64,000 bases of DNA, from the NCBI RefSeq assembly GCF_001447785.1, contig NW_015167538.1, positions 62,001-126,000 of the forward strand, written 5' to 3'. Shown piece by piece: positions 59,743 through 64,000 of this stretch. The translations under genes and the position numbers were made by a program. Below the pieces are notes generated by a model that made no database searches, had not been told where the DNA came from, and saw only the letters and a list, made by a program, of their open reading frames with translations. How positions within the stretch are numbered: the stretch's first letter is position 1; each line of letters begins with the position of its first letter. Origin of the DNA: Gekko japonicus. Its lineage: Eukaryota.

Positions 59743-60264
59743 TAGGGCTCTTTAGCTTGGAGAAACGATGACTGAGGGGTGACATGATTGAGATTTATAA
59801 GATTATGCATGGGAAAGAGCAGGTAGAGAAAGAGGTACTTTTCTCCCTTTCTCACAATACAAGAAGTCGTGGGCACTCCATGAAATTGCCGAGCGGTCAG
59901 GTTAGAACGGATAAGAGGAAGTACTTCTTCACCCAAAGAGTGATTAACACTTGGAATTTACTGCCACAGGAAGTGGCGGCGGCTACAAGCATGGACGGCT
60001 TCAAAAGGGAATTAGCTAAGCATATGGAGCAGAGGTCCATCAGTGGCTATTAGCCATAAGGTATAGATAGGGACTCTGGGGCAAGTGATGCTCTGTCATC
60101 TTGGTGCTTGGGGGGGTCAACAGTGGGAGGGCTTCTAATGTCCTGGCCCCACTGGTGGATTTCCTGATGGCACTGGTATTTTTGGCCACTGTGTGATACA
60201 GAGTGTTGGACTGGATGGGCCTATGGCCTGATCCAACATTGGCATCTCTTATGTTCTTATGTTC
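59743..60264 (+). mobile_element. CR1 LINE 3' fragment
   Basis: ORF 59784-60053 (MIEIYKIMHG...TRSRGHSMKL...RKYFFTQRVINTWNLLPQEV) is a CR1 ORF2 C-terminus; the 3'UTR ends in (TTATGTTC)n. Confidence 0.88.
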
Positions 60265-61259
60265 ACATTAACTGAATTTGTAAAAACAGAATGAACTTGT
60301 AATAGCACTAAGCAAAGATAATGGAACACATATTTTTGCTGTTAGAATAGGAATACTGATCAGATACAACAGAAGTTCCCTCCCTCCCTTTCTTTGTTAT
60401 TGCTAGCTGCGCTGGAGTGTTCCAGATACTGCCTTAGCAGTGACATGTAAAAAGTGACCAATACTTCCCTATTTCTATTAGGGATAACAGAGAGCACCCA
60501 AGAGCAGCCTTTGCTTTCCCTGCAGTCATATTACTACAGCAAATGCATTAGGCAGGGCACCAGTAAGACCACATCCACAATACCACGTCCAATCTGGAGA
60601 ACCTGTGGCTCTGCAGTGAAGAAGTTCAATTGTAACAGGCATAATGAAGGGCAGTTTGAATGATTACAGAAGTGGACAACTGAGAAGGAATATTATTGCA
60701 AGTCACAATTTCACTATAACAACAGACGATGGTGAAGAGTGTATGCGCAACTGTTAACAGCCATGAATTGGCAATTAGCAATGTTTTAATAGTAAAGTTC
60801 TTTGTGCTCCCAACACAATTGTTCTAATTTCAGCAAATTTAGGGCAGAACTGGGAAAATGTATCATTCCCTGTCACCTTCTAAGTTGGGGTCAGGAAGGG
60901 GTCTTCCTTCCCCTTAGGAACATACATAGAGGGGGTTGGTTTGTAAGAACCTTTTGGTAGTATACTAGTCACTACTGCTTGTGGCTCACCGTGGTTTGGA
61001 ACTCAGGGGATGGGTGAACAGGCAGTCTTGCCTTGGGACAGGGGATTCACTTGGAAAGTATACTGGGGTCCCTTTTCATTTGATCCACGTCGCTGTAACT
61101 ATTTTTATTTAAAATGTTTATATCCCACTTTTCTCCGTACCAATGGAACTCAAATGAACCAGAGCTTAACATCACCCTGGCAAAGGGACCAAATTCTACC
61201 GGGGACAATATAGCCCCCGTGGAAAACAAGAGGCGGGGAACAAAGCCCATCTCACTTAC

Positions 61260-61456
61260 CGAACCCTGCGTGGCAAGCCTCGTTCCCATCGCTGAGCCCA
61301 GAATGCGGAGTCCCCCCAGCCACCCTCTGTCCAGGATTCAAGGCACAGGCTTTGGCAATGGAGGTCACCAGGTACTCATCGTCCGCATTGCGCCAGCCCC
61401 ACCAGCTTATTTCGGGCTGGCTGCAGCGGGCAATCACTGCCCCGTTGCGCAAGTGT
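61260..61456 (-). CDS. MTMR4: MTMR4 internal exon
   Basis: TTTCAG|A ... HLRNGAVIARCSQPEISWWGWRNADDEYLVTSIAKACAL ... G|GTAAGT; phase 2 to 1. Confidence 0.95.
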
Positions 61457-61877
61457 CTGAAAGAGAAACCAGGTTCAACTAGCCCTCAAATCCAGGGCTC
61501 TGTTCCAAAAAGCCAGTCACTGTATGACTTCATTTTCTTCGCTCAGAAAATCAAACCACCACTTTAAAACAGAGAGGCCTCTGGGCTAAGTGTACGCGAG
61601 CAATACAGGTTGGTCCATGTTACACCAGTAGGTCAAATTACACAATTTTGACGTTACATCAATATTGGAATCCACCAGAGACAGTCAGCCAGTATGGAGA
61701 TATATATATATTTGGCTGACAGGTTCTTGAGGGAAAATATTAAATCTTGCTTGGAAATGTCTTTACTAGAGGTGGGGTCTCTACACTTTGCCCCCCACAA
61801 GACTGTTAGCAGAATAAATTGTTAAAATGTTCCAAGGAAGGCAGATACTGTACAAGAAACAATGGAATACTGCCCAG

Positions 61878-62083
61878 CAATGTTCCCTCTAAGCTGTGGA
61901 GTCTTGTGAGCAAAAAATCTTCTTTGTGAGCTGCTGGCATTAAAGTTGTGAGCGAGCGATTTGGCTACTGCATAAATTAGTTTGCTCTGGAGCCATCCTT
62001 CCTGAGCTAAGACAAAAATCTGTGAGCCGGAGGCTAAAGAGCTGTGAGCTAGCTCACACTAACTCAGCTTAGAGGGAACACTG
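61878..62083 (+). mobile_element. hAT MITE family A, copy 8
   Basis: Perfect TSD CTGCCCAG. Confidence 0.92.
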
Positions 62084-62737
62084 CTGCCCAGGACTCTGTC
62101 CCACAATGGCCCTGTATATATGGGACTATGTCGAAAACTGGGGTGAACAGCAATAGGGGTACTCAGCACATAATCACAGACATGACCATGAACTCAATGG
62201 GCCATCTAGACCAGAATCTTGAACTTTTCCAGACCCCTGACCCCCCTTTTAACCAAACACGCAAGAGTGGACCCCCCCTTCTTAATTTCCCCCCTGAAAA
62301 TGTATAGGATGATAGTGCTGCTGCTGGGACCCACCTTTGGTTAGGCTGTGACCCAGTTGTGGGTCTTGACCCACCAGCTGAGGGTGAATGATCCTAGACA
62401 ACCTGCTCTGATGCAGGATACCCTATAGCTATGTACAGATATTGAGATGCCTGTAGGGTCTGATTTTGATCAAAAGGCAGACCAGGACTTTAAAAATAAA
62501 ACATCTGATAGACACTCATCCAATTTTATTCTGGGAATCTCCAAGGAAAGACAGTCCCCAGCCTTTCCAGACATATTGTTCCAGTTCTCAACTGCTCTTT
62601 TAAATTCCTAACATGTGTCCTAAATTTAATCTTCCTGGTTAAAAAGCTGCTGCTTTCTGATCTATTCTTGGTGGACAAAGTGAAGTGTGACTATCAGATA
62701 GAGCCCCTCGAGTGATGAGCCCTGAAAAGGTCTACAG

Positions 62738-63159
62738 CTGGGGTGTCAAACATAAGGCCTGGAACTGGCCCATCCAGGGCTCTTATGCGGCCAGCAAGCA
62801 ACCAGTGCAAGGGAGGGAACAGGAGACTGCTTCGGGGGGAGTGGGGGGAGCCACTCTGATTGTGGCTTCAGCATGGAGGGGCAACCTTAGCTACAGCAGT
62901 CAAGCAGCGTGGTAGCGTCTGCCCAGTGCTGCACCACTGGCTCTCCAGTCTGCCCGTATGGGTTTTCCCCCTCCCAGTCCATGAGGCCTTACAATGAGGA
63001 TACACCAACTCGGAGCTTACCAGCTGCTGCTCTTTATACAGTTTATTATATCTCCGGAACCTGGCATTACATTTTATGGCACACATGGCCCGGCCCGGCC
63101 CCACGAAGTGACATTTATGTCAGATCCGGCCCTCGTAACAAATAAGTTCGACACCTCTG
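62738..63159. mobile_element. hAT-Charlie-like non-autonomous element
   Basis: TIRs CTGGGGTGTCAAAC...GTTCGACACCTCTG; perfect TSD GTCTACAG. Confidence 0.87.
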
Positions 63160-63253
63160 GTCTACAGGTTCCAGCAACTCCACCAACACGTCCCTTCCCC
63201 TGTCCCTAAACTTGTGGTCTTCTACTGTATGTTTTCATGAAATGTTTTCATAC

Positions 63254-63367
63254 CTGTACACAACCACTGGAATCCTCTTCCAAGACCGAAAAGAAGCCAC
63301 GTTCTCCAGCTCCTTGTCAGTGATCCAGACGGGAACAAGGAGCTTCTGCGGATAGCTGGTACACAAC
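63254..63367 (-). CDS. MTMR4: MTMR4 internal exon (phosphatase domain); upstream exons lie beyond the window
   Basis: CCGTAG|G ... LCTSYPQKLLVPVWITDKELENVASFRSWKRIPVVVYR ... AG|GTATGA; phase 2 to 2. Confidence 0.94.
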
Positions 63368-63797
63368 CTACGGAGACAGGAGTAACTGCAATGACACCAG
63401 ACTTCAAACCCTTCTACTTTGCAATGGAATGCACATTGAGGGACCGTTGATAAGCACTTCTGACGTTTCCAGAACTGCTGTTTGAATGGAAAACAAGAGA
63501 CCTGGTGATCTTGATTGATGACAAGGTAGCTAACAGGTACTAAGAAAATGTGGTCGTTAAAAGGCAGTGCAGTTCAAGGATCTGTGTATGTAGCAAGACA
63601 AAGCAGGCTTGATTCTGCTTTTGGGGGGGGGGTCCCCAGGGACATGGAAAGGAGATTAGCTTCCACTCTGATGGTGACTCGTTATTTTGTTTTCTCCTAT
63701 AGGACTGAGTAGCAACTTTCTTGTGGTGTCTCCAGATGGAAAAATCTTAGTCTTGGAAATGTCTAATGTGCTTTCTCCATCAACAGAGCGGGTACTC

Positions 63798-63856
63798 TGC
63801 TCTCCCACCCAAGCCTGGTCCCACAAAATGTGCTCTCCCACCCAAGCCTGGCCCCA
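63798..63856. repeat. 33-bp-period tandem duplication
   Basis: TGCTCTCCCACCCAAGCCTGG(T/C)CCCA at 63798 and 63831. Confidence 0.9.
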
Positions 63857-64000
63857 TACTGAAAGGGATCCTGTGGAAATGGGGGAACAACATACAATGA
63901 TGCCCAGCGCCAGCCGGAGTTTTTGCAACACAGAACACACACACACATCCACATGATGAGGATAGCAATTCCTAAGGCTAGAGACAGAAGGGGCGGCAGC

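Overview
Vertebrate genomic DNA from a squamate lizard, probably a gecko, judged from Sauria/Squam1, Squam2-like, Squam3-like and 5S-derived SINEs. It carries the conserved amniote gene order RNF43-HSF5-MTMR4, with all three genes on the minus strand. The window holds the last 12 coding exons of MTMR4 (63367-47504), covering the phosphatase motif HCSDGWDRT, a PPxY motif and the FYVE domain. It holds six coding exons of the meiotic factor HSF5 (39602-23754), whose start codon and most of the DNA-binding domain fall in a 342-N gap. It also holds the first coding exon of RNF43 (19282-19046), followed by about 19 kb of its large intron. All exon joins were read by eye with GT-AG ends and consistent phases. 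The non-coding DNA is dense in transposable elements: several hAT MITE families with 8-bp target-site duplications (TSDs), a Harbinger-like MITE, SINEs, L2 and CR1 3' ends, and Penelope-like repeats. The most unusual observations are: (1) a 1.29-kb ORF-less, CpG-rich, L1-like 5'UTR+3'tail element with a TSD, nested three levels deep in HSF5 intron 1; (2) Penelope-type minimal hammerhead-ribozyme motifs clustered at the HSF5 promoter and in the sense strand of the RNF43 intron; (3) repeated MYB sites at the HSF5 5' end; (4) three uORFs ahead of RNF43, one ending on the start codon; and (5) a hAT family carrying arrays of octamer/KLF/ETS-like motifs. Family names come from recognition, not database searches.
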